A DNA stretch of 64,000 nt, taken from a virus. Shown here piece after piece: positions 1 through 9,388 of the stretch. Numbering within the stretch: the first letter of the stretch is position 1; every line of letters begins with the position of its first letter. The notes under the pieces were generated by a model. It saw only the letters and a program-made list of their open reading frames with translations. It was not told the DNA's origin and did not search any database. Both the position numbers and the translations under genes were made by a program. The DNA is taken from positions 25,242 through 89,241 of the IMG/VR virus record IMGVR_UViG_2799112330_000001. One strand, 5' to 3'.

Positions 1-327
1 GCAAATAAAAAGATAGGTGTATGGAGAATTCCTGCTGTTCCTGTAAATTATATTACTGAATATGAAATTACTAGAAAAATAAATGGAACTACAATGACTA
101 GTAAAGGACGATTTACTTTACAAGAAGCAATAAATGCTGATTTCTTTACTAAAGATACTTATAAAAAATATTCTAGAATAATGATTGGTAATAGAGCATT
201 TACATATGCTGCTAGAGATATAGGTAGTGATATTCTATTTGGTGTAATGGAAACTACCGAAATTAAATTAGTCAATAATAAGACTCTTAAAGATATAGAT
301 TTTGTTGATGCTGAGATAGTCAATTAA
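1..327 (+). CDS. hypothetical protein, C-terminal fragment (gene starts left of the window)
   Basis: The frame of track ORF 94..327 is open from nt 1 (ANKKIGVWRIPAVPVNY...), with no upstream stop. No motif recognised. Confidence 0.6.
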   Translation, partial: ANKKIGVWRIPAVPVNYITEYEITRKINGTTMTSKGRFTLQEAINADFFTKDTYKKYSRIMIGNRAFTYAARDIGSDILFGVMETTEIKLVNNKTLKDIDFVDAEIVN

Positions 328-371
328 ATCTTTAAAAAAGAAAATATCTCAAACAAACATTTATTAACAAA

Positions 372-387
372 TTTAAAAGCTTTTAAA
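372..387. repeat. 16-bp perfect palindrome TTTAAAAGCTTTTAAA directly upstream of the 391 ATG
   Basis: Read directly. It shares the TTWAAAAGCT half with the intergenic AGCTA-N4-TAGCT boxes. Confidence 0.6.
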
Positions 388-390
388 AGT

Positions 391-1197
391 ATGAAAACTT
401 TTGGTGCAGAATTAGGACTTTCGTTTGTAAACGCAGGTCAACGTCAAGTTAACGACAAAGCAGAACTCGTAGTTAATTCTACTCGTGGTGGTTTTACTCT
501 TAGTGGTGCAGCAACTGCATTGCTTGGTATTGCTCATGGCGATTATGTTCAGTTTGTTAGCAATGTTGCTAAACTTACTACAGAGATTAAAACTAGTGCT
601 AAGGCATTTGTAGATTTCTGTACTGAACATGGTTTAACTCCTGGCTCTAATGAAGCAACTGATGCTTATATGCAGACAGCCCGTTTCTATATTGGTAAAG
701 GTACTCAAGTTCTTGATAAGGTTGGAAAGCCTGTCATGACTTCTGAGCGTCTTTCTGCAGAAGATAAGAAGGCTTATGCTGCTGATAAGTTTGATGAGAT
801 GCTTGAAGCTGCTCTCAACAATGGTAAGGAAGAGCTTGTTGAAAGTCTCAATCGTGAAGGTATTACTAAAGATGAGCAGATTGAAATTCTTGCTCAATTT
901 GTAAGCATTGAAACTGAGAAATATACAGGTTCTAAGTGTGCAAGTTCTTCTAAGGCTAGTGGCACTGGTGTTCCTTTGAAGTTTAGCGATGGTAATGTAT
1001 GGTCACAAATGAAGCGTGATATCGCTGAAGATGATCGTACTTCTATCAATCGTATTTACACTCTTGATGTAGCTGAAGCTGGTGTTATGAAACAGAATAA
1101 TGGATTTGAGGATGTTGATGTAGTTCTTTATCCGCTTGTTTATGTTTCTGATGAAGCTCCTATGCGTCGTGGTCAAGGTGGTGAAGCTGCAGAGTAA
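391..1197 (+). CDS. hypothetical protein, probably abundantly expressed (early block)
   Basis: 268-aa ORF with visibly higher GC and different codon choice (cgt, ggt, gct, ctt) than its neighbours. It is followed by a strong terminator. No motif recognised. Confidence 0.75.
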   Translation: MKTFGAELGLSFVNAGQRQVNDKAELVVNSTRGGFTLSGAATALLGIAHGDYVQFVSNVAKLTTEIKTSAKAFVDFCTEHGLTPGSNEATDAYMQTARFYIGKGTQVLDKVGKPVMTSERLSAEDKKAYAADKFDEMLEAALNNGKEELVESLNREGITKDEQIEILAQFVSIETEKYTGSKCASSSKASGTGVPLKFSDGNVWSQMKRDIAEDDRTSINRIYTLDVAEAGVMKQNNGFEDVDVVLYPLVYVSDEAPMRRGQGGEAAE

Positions 1198-1225
1198 TAA
1201 ACTACAAGTTCTACTTTAGTTGTTC

Positions 1226-1273
1226 GAGCCGAAGATTTAATAGATAATACTATTGAGTCTTCGGCTCTTTTTG
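1226..1273 (+). terminator. rho-independent terminator
   Basis: 10-bp stem GAGCCGAAGA / TCTTCGGCTC (1226-1235 / 1258-1267) followed by TTTTTG. Confidence 0.7.
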
Positions 1274-1299
1274 TTCTTAAAAATTAAAATTCGAATTTT

Positions 1300-2187
1300 A
1301 TGTCAGAAGAAAAAGTTAAAAAAGTAGGTCGTGGTATTGGTACTGCTCGTGGTACTACACGACTTAAATTTAGTCATGAGCATGCAAATAGTAAAAATGG
1401 CTTATTTCTTGCTCATATCGACAGTGTTGTTTTAGGCACTGCTAAAATTGGTGAAGATACTACTGGAATGCCTTCATTCAATGGTATGGAAATTCCTCGT
1501 TTAGCAATTGTTTTTGCAAGTAATGAAAGTGAAGCTGCTAAACGTAAATATATTACTCTTTCTTGGAATGCTGTAGAAAGTAATGTAAATACTATTCAAG
1601 GTGGAAAAGAAGCTTGGAAAGTTGATAGTATTTTTGACTATATGAAACATATACTTGATGTATTTGTTTTGAAAGGTAAAGAAATGACTGCTGATATGGA
1701 AGAAAAACTTACTCTTCCGTTCAATGATACTGATGAAAATGGGGAATATTCTCCTGTTGAACCTGAAGTAGTTATTGCAGGTTGGACTACTTTATTCCAA
1801 AACTTTGTAACTATTCTTACAACTGGAAATGATGGAAAGCCTGTATATCAAACTAAAGAAGGTACTCCTATTACACTTTGGATTAAATTACTTCGTTTCC
1901 AAAAACAAGGAAAAGCTTGGAAAGCTCTTAATAGTCGAGGAGATTTAGCATTCCCTGCATTTGTTGGTGAAGGAGTTATTGAAATATATAACCAAAATAC
2001 TCCTCCTAGCATTAAAATTAATGTTATGCGAGAAGATATTAAACCAAGACAAATTGAAGAAAGGAAAGAGCCTAATCTTCCTGGTATTAGCGGTCCAGCT
2101 ATTTCTATTCCTCCTACTGGTACTGCATATGGTGCTAATTTAGACCCATTTGATGGAAATAATGGTATTGATGACAGTCCATTTTAA
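1300..2187 (+). CDS. putative single-stranded DNA-binding protein
   Basis: 295-aa ORF ending in a flexible Gly/Pro/Asn tail with the acidic tip ...NGIDDSPF. This resembles the DDDIPF-type C-terminal tip of bacterial and phage SSBs. It lies next to the primase gene. The OB fold was not verified. Confidence 0.5.
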   Translation: MSEEKVKKVGRGIGTARGTTRLKFSHEHANSKNGLFLAHIDSVVLGTAKIGEDTTGMPSFNGMEIPRLAIVFASNESEAAKRKYITLSWNAVESNVNTIQGGKEAWKVDSIFDYMKHILDVFVLKGKEMTADMEEKLTLPFNDTDENGEYSPVEPEVVIAGWTTLFQNFVTILTTGNDGKPVYQTKEGTPITLWIKLLRFQKQGKAWKALNSRGDLAFPAFVGEGVIEIYNQNTPPSIKINVMREDIKPRQIEERKEPNLPGISGPAISIPPTGTAYGANLDPFDGNNGIDDSPF

Positions 2188-2210
2188 ATTATACAACTAA
2201 TTAACAATTT

Positions 2211-2248
2211 AGCCTCTATACCTTAATGGTATAGGGGCTATTTTTTTA
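2211..2248 (+). terminator. rho-independent terminator
   Basis: 12-bp stem AGCCTCTATACC / GGTATAGGGGCT (one G-T pair), 5-nt loop, then ATTTTTTTA. Confidence 0.75.
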
Positions 2249-2254
2249 TAGGTT

Positions 2255-3445
2255 ATGGGAAGGCATATAAATTCTAATACATATACTAAACAATATATCT
2301 TATCTAAAGTTAGTCAAGAACTAATTTTTAGTACCTATTTTCATATACCTATAGATATTATCAGAGATTGCATAGATAACAATACGTTAATAATATCTCC
2401 GATAAGAGAAGATAAACATCCTACTTGTGGTTTTCGTTATAATAATATAGGAATGTTAAAATTCCGAGATTTTGGTGGATATTTTTGGGGAGATTGTTTT
2501 GATGCTGTAGCATTAGTAATAAGTAAAGCTTATAATAAAACTTATGATATTAGTAATAAAAAAGATTTTATTCAAATACTAAAGCATATTTCATTAACAT
2601 TTAAAGATATTATAAATAATGAAGAAACTGATCCGAATATTATAACGAAAATCAATGAAGGAATATCTAAACTTCGTAAAGATAAACCAATTATTGATTT
2701 AGTTGTAAGAGAATGGAATAAAGAAGATATAAATTATTGGAATAATTTTGGTATAACAATACAAGATTTAAATATTAATTTTGTTTATCCTATAGAACAA
2801 TATTATATTAATAGAAAACAAAATCCAGAACCAAAATATTTTTACGATTCTAAAGATCCTTGTTATGCTTATTATTTAGGAAGAGGTAGTGATAATATAA
2901 ATAATTATAAATTATATTTTCCTAAAAGAACAAAAGATTCACATAATAGATTTATATGTAATTGTAATCATCTTGAAGGTATTTTAAATTTATCTGAAAG
3001 AGAATATACATATATTATTATAACAAAATCTACAAAAGATAGAATTGCATTATTTAGAGCTATAAAATATTATAGTTCACTCTACAGGGAAGAAAATATT
3101 AAAATAGGTGTAATAAATATTCCACATGAAACATATAAACTACGTGATATAGAACTTTCATGGTTACAAGATAAACTTATTAATAATGGAGAAATAGTTA
3201 CACTTATGGATAATGATAGAACTGGTATGATAGAAGCCTTATATTTTAAGAGAACTTTTAATTTTAAAGCTATATTAATACCAAAAACATATGAAGCAAA
3301 AGATTTTGCAGAATTGATGTCAAAGTTACCAATAAATAAAATTTGCGAACTAATTAAATCAACAATCAAAAAAATAAAAACAAGTAATGGAAAAAATATA
3401 TCAAATTCCAATTGTAGGGAACAAAATACTTCTTTACCGTTTTAA
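2255..3445 (+). CDS. DnaG/Toprim-like DNA primase
   Basis: The N-terminal segment SPIREDKHPTCGFRYNN...FRDFGGYFWGDCFD resembles a degenerate primase zinc-binding region. The C-terminal Toprim-like signature is IIITKSTKDRIAL ... TLMDNDRTGMIEA (DxD). Confidence 0.6.
   Translation: MGRHINSNTYTKQYILSKVSQELIFSTYFHIPIDIIRDCIDNNTLIISPIREDKHPTCGFRYNNIGMLKFRDFGGYFWGDCFDAVALVISKAYNKTYDISNKKDFIQILKHISLTFKDIINNEETDPNIITKINEGISKLRKDKPIIDLVVREWNKEDINYWNNFGITIQDLNINFVYPIEQYYINRKQNPEPKYFYDSKDPCYAYYLGRGSDNINNYKLYFPKRTKDSHNRFICNCNHLEGILNLSEREYTYIIITKSTKDRIALFRAIKYYSSLYREENIKIGVINIPHETYKLRDIELSWLQDKLINNGEIVTLMDNDRTGMIEALYFKRTFNFKAILIPKTYEAKDFAELMSKLPINKICELIKSTIKKIKTSNGKNISNSNCREQNTSLPF
3078..3089. repeat. GC-rich palindrome family copy (CACTCTACAGGG, 1 mismatch)
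   Basis: Inside the primase CDS, read as S-L-Y-R-E. Confidence 0.6.
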
Positions 3446-3842
3446 AGGAGAAAGAACTCATATTTCCGTATATATGGAAGGACTTACACAAGATGAATAT
3501 GACACAATAAAAAATAGACCTAAATCATGGTTAAATAGAGATAATAGAAAAATTGATATAACTGATAATACTTATATAGGTAAATTTAATATTAATGATG
3601 AAAATTTTGTTAAATATCTAGATTCTTTATTTGAAATTGATGAAAGAGGTAAATTTATAAATTCTAAATTTGATTTTGAGGCTTCAACTATTTCAACAAC
3701 TGAGGGTATTATGAAAGGCTATCCTACATGGATACCTTCTAAATATATTAAATATTGTTATTGTCAAATAGAAAAGCCTAAATATGTTATAATATATAGT
3801 TACACTTGTTATAATTATAAGAAAAATGGAACTAATACATAA
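3387..3842 (+). CDS. hypothetical protein (start uncertain; alternative ATG at 3474)
   Basis: 151-aa ORF overlapping the primase 3' end by 59 nt. The in-frame ATG at 3474 would remove the overlap. Confidence 0.55.
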   Translation: MEKIYQIPIVGNKILLYRFKGERTHISVYMEGLTQDEYDTIKNRPKSWLNRDNRKIDITDNTYIGKFNINDENFVKYLDSLFEIDERGKFINSKFDFEASTISTTEGIMKGYPTWIPSKYIKYCYCQIEKPKYVIIYSYTCYNYKKNGTNT

Positions 3843-4032
3843 TTTTATAATAAAATTAAATAATAAAATAATAGCATCTACTTGTGATAAAAATATAGCA
3901 TGGGAAATTTATGAAAATAAATCTGATTATTATGAAAATTTACAAGCAGAAAATAAATTATCTGAAGAATATGAATTAGTATTATTTGATTTAAATAAAA
4001 ATTGTGAATTAGCAAAAGCTAATTTTTATTAA
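3826..4032 (+). CDS. hypothetical small protein
   Basis: 68-aa ORF packed tightly in the co-directional gene array. Confidence 0.45.
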   Translation: MELIHNFIIKLNNKIIASTCDKNIAWEIYENKSDYYENLQAENKLSEEYELVLFDLNKNCELAKANFY

Positions 4033-4037
4033 ATAAT

Positions 4038-4685
4038 ATGGAAATTGAATATACATGTTTGGATTATTATAATCCTATAGAAAAAGCATGTGATTTATTA
4101 AAAATTGTTAAAATGCCTCTTAATAGGATGCGTTTAGCAAATTTACAACCATATAAAAATGATAATGATTTAAGAAAAATATTAACAGGTATATTAAAAG
4201 ATTTAGATTTAAGTAAAAGAATTGAAGGAATTATGCCTTTTAATACAAATAGCCCTAAATATCAAAGTTTACTTTCAGAATATATTTATTATTTGGAACA
4301 TTTAGAAAATCATTTAGAATATAATATATGGATTGATAAATTACTTGCTTTTCATGCTTCAAATTTAATTGAAGAAAAAAATTATATACCTCCTAAACAG
4401 CCTAAAAAGAAAACAACTAGTGGAAAATCTATCAAAAATGCTTTTTATAGAAGACAAACTACTGATTTATTTACAAATGATACAATATATGAATATATAA
4501 ATCCAAAAACTGGTACTATTATAAAAAGTGATAATCCTAATTTATGTGATAAATTAAATGCTGAAATAGAGCAAAATATAAAATATAATAGAGCAAGAAG
4601 TCATGCTAGAAAAAATCAAGAAAAAAGAGAATTTATTAGAATAAATACAAAGCCAGATTTTAATAAACTTAAATTTAAATTTTAA
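4038..4685 (+). CDS. hypothetical protein
   Basis: 215-aa ORF, co-directional with short spacers. No motif recognised. Confidence 0.6.
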   Translation: MEIEYTCLDYYNPIEKACDLLKIVKMPLNRMRLANLQPYKNDNDLRKILTGILKDLDLSKRIEGIMPFNTNSPKYQSLLSEYIYYLEHLENHLEYNIWIDKLLAFHASNLIEEKNYIPPKQPKKKTTSGKSIKNAFYRRQTTDLFTNDTIYEYINPKTGTIIKSDNPNLCDKLNAEIEQNIKYNRARSHARKNQEKREFIRINTKPDFNKLKFKF

Positions 4686-4688
4686 ATT

Positions 4689-5918
4689 ATGATAGAATCA
4701 AAAAATGAACATAAACTTCTATATAGAAGAAACAATAAAGGTCAACCTTGCTATTGGTGGGGAGAACCAGATAAAATTGATAAAGTAATAAGATTGCATC
4801 ATGGTATAGTAGGAAAAACTGATATTATTGATATGATTGTTACTAATAGAGATGTTGAAAAAGAATATCAATCTATGATTAATGAAAAACGTAAAGCTGG
4901 TTATAAATATATTTGGGAACTTAAAGACAATAATGATACCCCTGTAGAGGGAACATTGCTACAATATCTGAATACTTATCTTCCTTACGATAGAACTACT
5001 TCTGATGGAATGATGCTTTCTATGTTAGCTAAAACTTATGATAATGAAAATAATAAAGTATTTAATAAATGTCCTATATATTACGGACAATGGAAGATTA
5101 ATGGTTTAAGATGTTCTATTAGTGCTCATTATAATCAAGGAGATTTATTTAAACCTATAAGTTTAAGATTTCAAAGTCGTGAAGGAACTGTATGGAATAG
5201 TTTATCTGATTTAGAGAGCTATCTATTAAGTATTCTTCCTGCAAAATTATTAAATGATATGCTTGAAGAAGAATATATTCTTGATGGTGAAATTTATTTA
5301 CCTGGTCATACAGTTAACGAAATAAATCATTTTGTAAAAGATCCTAAATGTAAAGAAAATAAACTTCTTCAATATTGGTGTTATGATATTGCTATTCAAG
5401 ATTGTATACAAAGTACTAGAGAAAATATTAGAATAAAATATTTAGCAAATTTTGTTCCGTTTATTAAAACTAAACAAATGCACTATGCTAATCAACATAG
5501 ATTAATTGCTCTTCCAAGTATTGACATTTGTAATCATGAACAAGCAAGAGTTGCTAGAGATTTAGCTATTGAAAATGGTTTTGAAGGATTAATTCTTCGT
5601 AATCCTGATAAAGAATATCAATATGGCGCAAGAAATATGGCTATGATTAAATATAAACGTAGTACTGATGGAAAATTTATTATAGTTGATATTAAACCAG
5701 AAGGAATTAAACGACCAGATATACCTTTATTTGTTCTTAAAAATGATATAAATGATTCATTATTTGAAGTACATGTAGGAGGAAAATTTGATTATCAAAA
5801 ATTTATATTAAAAAATAAAAATTTATATATAGGAAAATTTATGTTTGTTGAATATGGAGAGAGAAGTGGTGTAGAACAAGTTCCTTTCCATGTTAAAGAA
5901 ACATATATAATCGATTAA
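4689..5918 (+). CDS. ATP-dependent DNA ligase
   Basis: Nucleotidyltransferase motifs appear in order. Motif I is WKINGLR (KxDGxR with D to N), III is ILDGEIYL, IV is YWCYDI, and V is EGLILRNPDKEYQYGARNMAMIKYK. Confidence 0.85.
   Translation: MIESKNEHKLLYRRNNKGQPCYWWGEPDKIDKVIRLHHGIVGKTDIIDMIVTNRDVEKEYQSMINEKRKAGYKYIWELKDNNDTPVEGTLLQYLNTYLPYDRTTSDGMMLSMLAKTYDNENNKVFNKCPIYYGQWKINGLRCSISAHYNQGDLFKPISLRFQSREGTVWNSLSDLESYLLSILPAKLLNDMLEEEYILDGEIYLPGHTVNEINHFVKDPKCKENKLLQYWCYDIAIQDCIQSTRENIRIKYLANFVPFIKTKQMHYANQHRLIALPSIDICNHEQARVARDLAIENGFEGLILRNPDKEYQYGARNMAMIKYKRSTDGKFIIVDIKPEGIKRPDIPLFVLKNDINDSLFEVHVGGKFDYQKFILKNKNLYIGKFMFVEYGERSGVEQVPFHVKETYIID
4940..4951. repeat. GC-rich palindrome family copy (CCCTGTAGAGGG, exact)
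   Basis: Inside the ligase CDS, read as P-V-E-G. Confidence 0.8.
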
Positions 5919-5920
5919 AT

Positions 5921-6259
5921 ATGTTTAATTATGAAACGTTAACAACAAATAAAAAATATCCTAAATATAATAAGGATAGACACACAATTTATACAAAATT
6001 TGATAAACCTTATAGGTTTTATCTTGAAGTAAGAGATTACAATGCTGAATATAATACATACAATTATTATATATTGTTAGGAGAAACAAAATTTGATGAA
6101 AATTGTAAAAGTATTACATTTGACGATTATGGCAGAAGTAAAATAAGATGTTGTAATAATATTCATAATGAAATAATGAATTGTCTTGAAAATAAAAATT
6201 CATTTGATTTAATACGTGAAAAAAGTAATGAAGAATATGATTTATATAGTATTCAATAA
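5921..6259 (+). CDS. hypothetical protein
   Basis: 112-aa ORF starting 2 nt after the ligase stop. Confidence 0.55.
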   Translation: MFNYETLTTNKKYPKYNKDRHTIYTKFDKPYRFYLEVRDYNAEYNTYNYYILLGETKFDENCKSITFDDYGRSKIRCCNNIHNEIMNCLENKNSFDLIREKSNEEYDLYSIQ

Positions 6260-6290
6260 GGTGGTGGCAGTAGTCATCACCTTATTTTAT
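6258..6290 (+). terminator. rho-independent terminator
   Basis: Stem AAGGTGGTG / CATCACCTT (one mismatch) followed by ATTTTAT. It overlaps the stop codon of 5921..6259. Confidence 0.6.
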
Positions 6291-6321
6291 GCTATAAATA
6301 GTCGATAAAAATTGTTTAAAA

Positions 6322-6335
6322 AGCTATTTTTAGCT
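6322..6335. repeat. intergenic AGCTA-N4-TAGCT box (AGCTATTTTTAGCT)
   Basis: Part of the conserved string GTTTAAAAAGCTATTTTTAGCTT. It lies between a terminator and a promoter. Confidence 0.7.
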
Positions 6336-6380
6336 TACAAATCAAAAATTTTTATTTCGCTAACTGATTGACTAACAAAA

Positions 6381-6398
6381 TTTTAGAGCCTCTAAAAC
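6381..6398. promoter_or_regulatory. 18-bp palindrome TTTTAGAGCCTCTAAAAC-type (8-bp arms), candidate operator
   Basis: TTTTAGAG cc CTCTAAAA read directly. It sits about 30 nt upstream of the -33 element at 6428. Confidence 0.35.
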
Positions 6399-6427
6399 AA
6401 AAAATTTTATTCTCATAGGGCTGTACA

Positions 6428-6459
6428 TTTGCGAATTTCAAAAATTTTTTGTATATTTG
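6428..6459 (+). promoter_or_regulatory. Bacteroidota-type promoter (TTTG-N20-TATATTTG)
   Basis: TTTG at 6428-6431, a 20-nt spacer, then TAtaTTTG at 6452-6459. This matches the Bacteroides -33/-7 consensus TTTG / TAnnTTTG. Confidence 0.65.
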
Positions 6460-6466
6460 CAGTGTT

Positions 6467-7267
6467 ATGATAAACAATAAACAAGATAAAAGACTTATTG
6501 TTACAATTCAAGGTAACGATTATTTTGCAAATAATATTGTTGCTTTGATGCTATCTGAAATATTAGATAAAGGTGTACAACATAGTAATTATTTAGATTG
6601 GCATAAAAAATATATTAATTTAAAAGAAACTAAAGATAATGTTATAAATTTATGGGATAGTTTAAAAGATATAGCAGAAGTATTAACTGGATTAAATAGA
6701 GAAATATTTGATGATTATCCTGCAATGTATTGTAAATATTGGGTATATGGAACAAAACATATAATAGATGAAAATCATATAAAAGAAAATATTGCTCCAA
6801 AAGGATTAACTTCTGCTAATACAAATTTATATACTATTGTTAATCCTGTTGAAACAACGTTTAATAATTGTCTTAAAGATGCCTATAAAAAAGAAACTAT
6901 GCCAGTTATAAAAATAATAGATTATTTAATGTATTTAAATGAATATTTTATAAAAAGATTTTATGATGAAAATTATTTACTTAAAAAACTAATTGATAAA
7001 ATAAAAGAAACAAAATATGAATTTTATATTATACCAGATGTTAAATTTTATTATGAATTAAAAGCTATAAATGGTGTAAAATTATCTTATATTTATCAGA
7101 ATTTTAGAATATTTAATATATTTGTTGGAACTGATGATAAATATGTTAGAGAAAATGATAAAAACGATGTAGGATTATTTGATTATTATCTTCCAATTAA
7201 AGATGCTATTGTTAGTTATAAAACTTGGATAGAAGTACTTAAATGTATACAACATATTTTATTTTAA
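6467..7267 (+). CDS. hypothetical protein
   Basis: The track ORF starts at a TTG at 6449, which lies inside the -7 box. The first ATG downstream of the promoter is at 6467 (MINNKQDKRL...). No P-loop or other motif recognised. Confidence 0.65.
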   Translation: MINNKQDKRLIVTIQGNDYFANNIVALMLSEILDKGVQHSNYLDWHKKYINLKETKDNVINLWDSLKDIAEVLTGLNREIFDDYPAMYCKYWVYGTKHIIDENHIKENIAPKGLTSANTNLYTIVNPVETTFNNCLKDAYKKETMPVIKIIDYLMYLNEYFIKRFYDENYLLKKLIDKIKETKYEFYIIPDVKFYYELKAINGVKLSYIYQNFRIFNIFVGTDDKYVRENDKNDVGLFDYYLPIKDAIVSYKTWIEVLKCIQHILF

Positions 7268-7271
7268 TATT

Positions 7272-8315
7272 ATGATAATAACAAAACCAAACGTAGAATT
7301 GTGGATACCACAATCTGAAATTCAACATATTGCACGATGTGCAAGTGTATGTTATGGAAGTAAAGGAATTAGAATTCCAAATGATGTAAAAGATTCAGAA
7401 TTAGTTAATAATCTAATAAATAATAATCATGTTTCTGTATTTAGACATTCTAGCGTATATTATATTGTTCCTGCTACATATTTTTCAGAAGATGAATATA
7501 AATATTATACATTAATAGGATTAAAAAATAATCCTTATGTACATATACAATATTTTGATGCTAGATATTTTATTTCTACTAACAAACAATGGGAAATGGA
7601 AAATAGTCTTCAAGCAGCAATGTTATCTCCTTATGTGGTAAATGAAAATACTTTTATAGAATTTAGTAAAAAAGATAAAGAAAATTTATTAAGAAGATTA
7701 ACTTTTTGTATAACAACTCAAATAAGTACATCTCGCGAATTAAATCGTGTAAGTCCAAATAATATTACTGAAGAATCAACAAGATTTTGTAATTATTCTA
7801 AAGACAAATATACAAATGATATAACAATAGTACAGCCTCATTGGATAGATTTATTTAAAGATTATGATTATGAATCTATTAAATATGACGGTAAAAACTT
7901 ATTAGCGACTTGTGGTGATTTTACTTTAGATATTACATTAAATAAATTTCCTATAGAAAGTTATATATTGAATAGAAATATTTCAGCAAAAGCCGCTAAA
8001 AGATTTTTTGGAAAACTTCATAAAGAATGCACTCATTATTTAGAAACATTAAATGATGGCTTTGCTCCTCAAGATGCTAGAGAATTACTACCGTTATGTA
8101 CAGCTACAACTGTAATTTATACATATACTGTAAAAGAATGGATTAGAATACTTGCATTAAGATATTATGGAGCAACTGGAGCTCCTCATCCAAATGCTAA
8201 AATAATAGCAGGATTAATAAGAAACGAATTGATAAAATTAGGATATAATGTTGATAAATTAGTAAATACAATATTAAAATCTTTTTACAAAGAATCTTTA
8301 TACAATGTATACTAA
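7272..8315 (+). CDS. thyX: ThyX-like flavin-dependent thymidylate synthase
   Basis: ThyX-like blocks are HVSVFRHSSVYY, TSRELNRVSPNNITEESTRFCNY (a divergent RHRxxS...S.RY motif) and ARELLPLCTATTVIYTYTVKEWIRILALR. Confidence 0.6.
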   Translation: MIITKPNVELWIPQSEIQHIARCASVCYGSKGIRIPNDVKDSELVNNLINNNHVSVFRHSSVYYIVPATYFSEDEYKYYTLIGLKNNPYVHIQYFDARYFISTNKQWEMENSLQAAMLSPYVVNENTFIEFSKKDKENLLRRLTFCITTQISTSRELNRVSPNNITEESTRFCNYSKDKYTNDITIVQPHWIDLFKDYDYESIKYDGKNLLATCGDFTLDITLNKFPIESYILNRNISAKAAKRFFGKLHKECTHYLETLNDGFAPQDARELLPLCTATTVIYTYTVKEWIRILALRYYGATGAPHPNAKIIAGLIRNELIKLGYNVDKLVNTILKSFYKESLYNVY

Positions 8316-8571
8316 ATTTAAAGATATAAGTGGAGTTATAGTTAAAGTAACGACACAACAATATGCTGTAGGATTGTACGTTTTTACAACTATAGGAGAT
8401 AAAATAAGCCAATTTGGTTCTGATGTAAAAGAAAGAGATTTTCATATAAATATAAGAAAGAAATGTTTAAATACTGGAGGTGTATTATTAGATGGTACTA
8501 TAATACAATATAAAGGAAAACTTAATATTAATAAATTTGAAGAAAGAATAACTGATATAGTTCAAAATTAA
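8305..8571 (+). CDS. hypothetical protein
   Basis: 88-aa ORF overlapping the thyX end by 11 nt. Confidence 0.5.
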   Translation: MYTKFKDISGVIVKVTTQQYAVGLYVFTTIGDKISQFGSDVKERDFHINIRKKCLNTGGVLLDGTIIQYKGKLNINKFEERITDIVQN

Positions 8572-8578
8572 ATAATCA

Positions 8579-8596
8579 TTTCCCTCTACAGGGAAA
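8579..8596. repeat. GC-rich palindrome family copy, intergenic (TTTCCCT-CTAC-AGGGAAA, 7-bp stem)
   Basis: The exact core CCCTCTACAGGG is at 8582-8593. It lies between the stop at 8571 and the ATG at 8612, with no T-run after it. Confidence 0.8.
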
Positions 8597-8611
8597 CAAT
8601 AATAAACAATT

Positions 8612-9385
8612 ATGGAAAGTTTATATAATATAGAGCAAGATATGATTGCTCTTTATGATAAAATTGAAGAACAAGGAGGTGAAATACTTCCTGAAGATGA
8701 ACAAGCTCTTGCCATTAATCATGAAAATTTCATGAATAAAATGGAAGGTTATAATCATTATTTACATAAACTTGATAATGATATTTCTGCATGTAAAGCA
8801 GAAGAAGATAGAATTAAAGCTCTTCGTAAAGGAATGGAATCGCGAAGAGATACTGCTAAAAAGAATGTATTAACTGCTGTACAAAACTTTGGAGTACCTA
8901 CTAAAACTGGTGGATATGCAGTAGAGTTTGCTACATTTAAATTTAGTACTAGGCGTTCAGAATCTGTAGTTGAAGATGAAAAACGTTTAGAATATTTAAA
9001 CAAAGAATTAAATAGATTTATATATAGTTTATATGATAATGGAATGCTTAATCCTGATATAAATTGGGATTTACAAGGATTATGTGATTCAATTAATGCA
9101 AATATAAAAGCAGAAATGGAATCAGATGGTTGTGGTCATTTATATATTCCATTTACTCCAACTGATTTAGATTTAATTAATATTGATGTAAAATCTTCTT
9201 GTAAATTATCTTCTTTATTTAAAATTGATAATGGTATGGCACAAGTATTGTGTAAAGGAGCAACACTTTCTGCTGAATTAAGTATTGATAAAACAACTGC
9301 TAAAAATTATTTAAAAGCAACACAAGACGTTAACGTTATTAGTTGCTGTCATAAAGAAGTTAATTATAGTCTTCAAATGAAATAA
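8612..9385 (+). CDS. Gp157-like protein (phage recombination/host-nuclease-associated family)
   Basis: The N-terminal coiled-coil pattern MESLYNIEQDMIALYDKIEEQGGEILPEDEQAL...EDRIKALRK resembles the siphovirus Gp157 family. Judged by eye only. Confidence 0.4.
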   Translation: MESLYNIEQDMIALYDKIEEQGGEILPEDEQALAINHENFMNKMEGYNHYLHKLDNDISACKAEEDRIKALRKGMESRRDTAKKNVLTAVQNFGVPTKTGGYAVEFATFKFSTRRSESVVEDEKRLEYLNKELNRFIYSLYDNGMLNPDINWDLQGLCDSINANIKAEMESDGCGHLYIPFTPTDLDLINIDVKSSCKLSSLFKIDNGMAQVLCKGATLSAELSIDKTTAKNYLKATQDVNVISCCHKEVNYSLQMK

Positions 9386-9388
9386 TAT

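Noticed and set aside
3387-3445. The 59-nt overlap between the primase and the next ORF as a programmed frameshift site.
   Set aside because: No slippery heptamer or downstream structure is evident. An internal ATG at 3474 gives a simple non-overlapping alternative.
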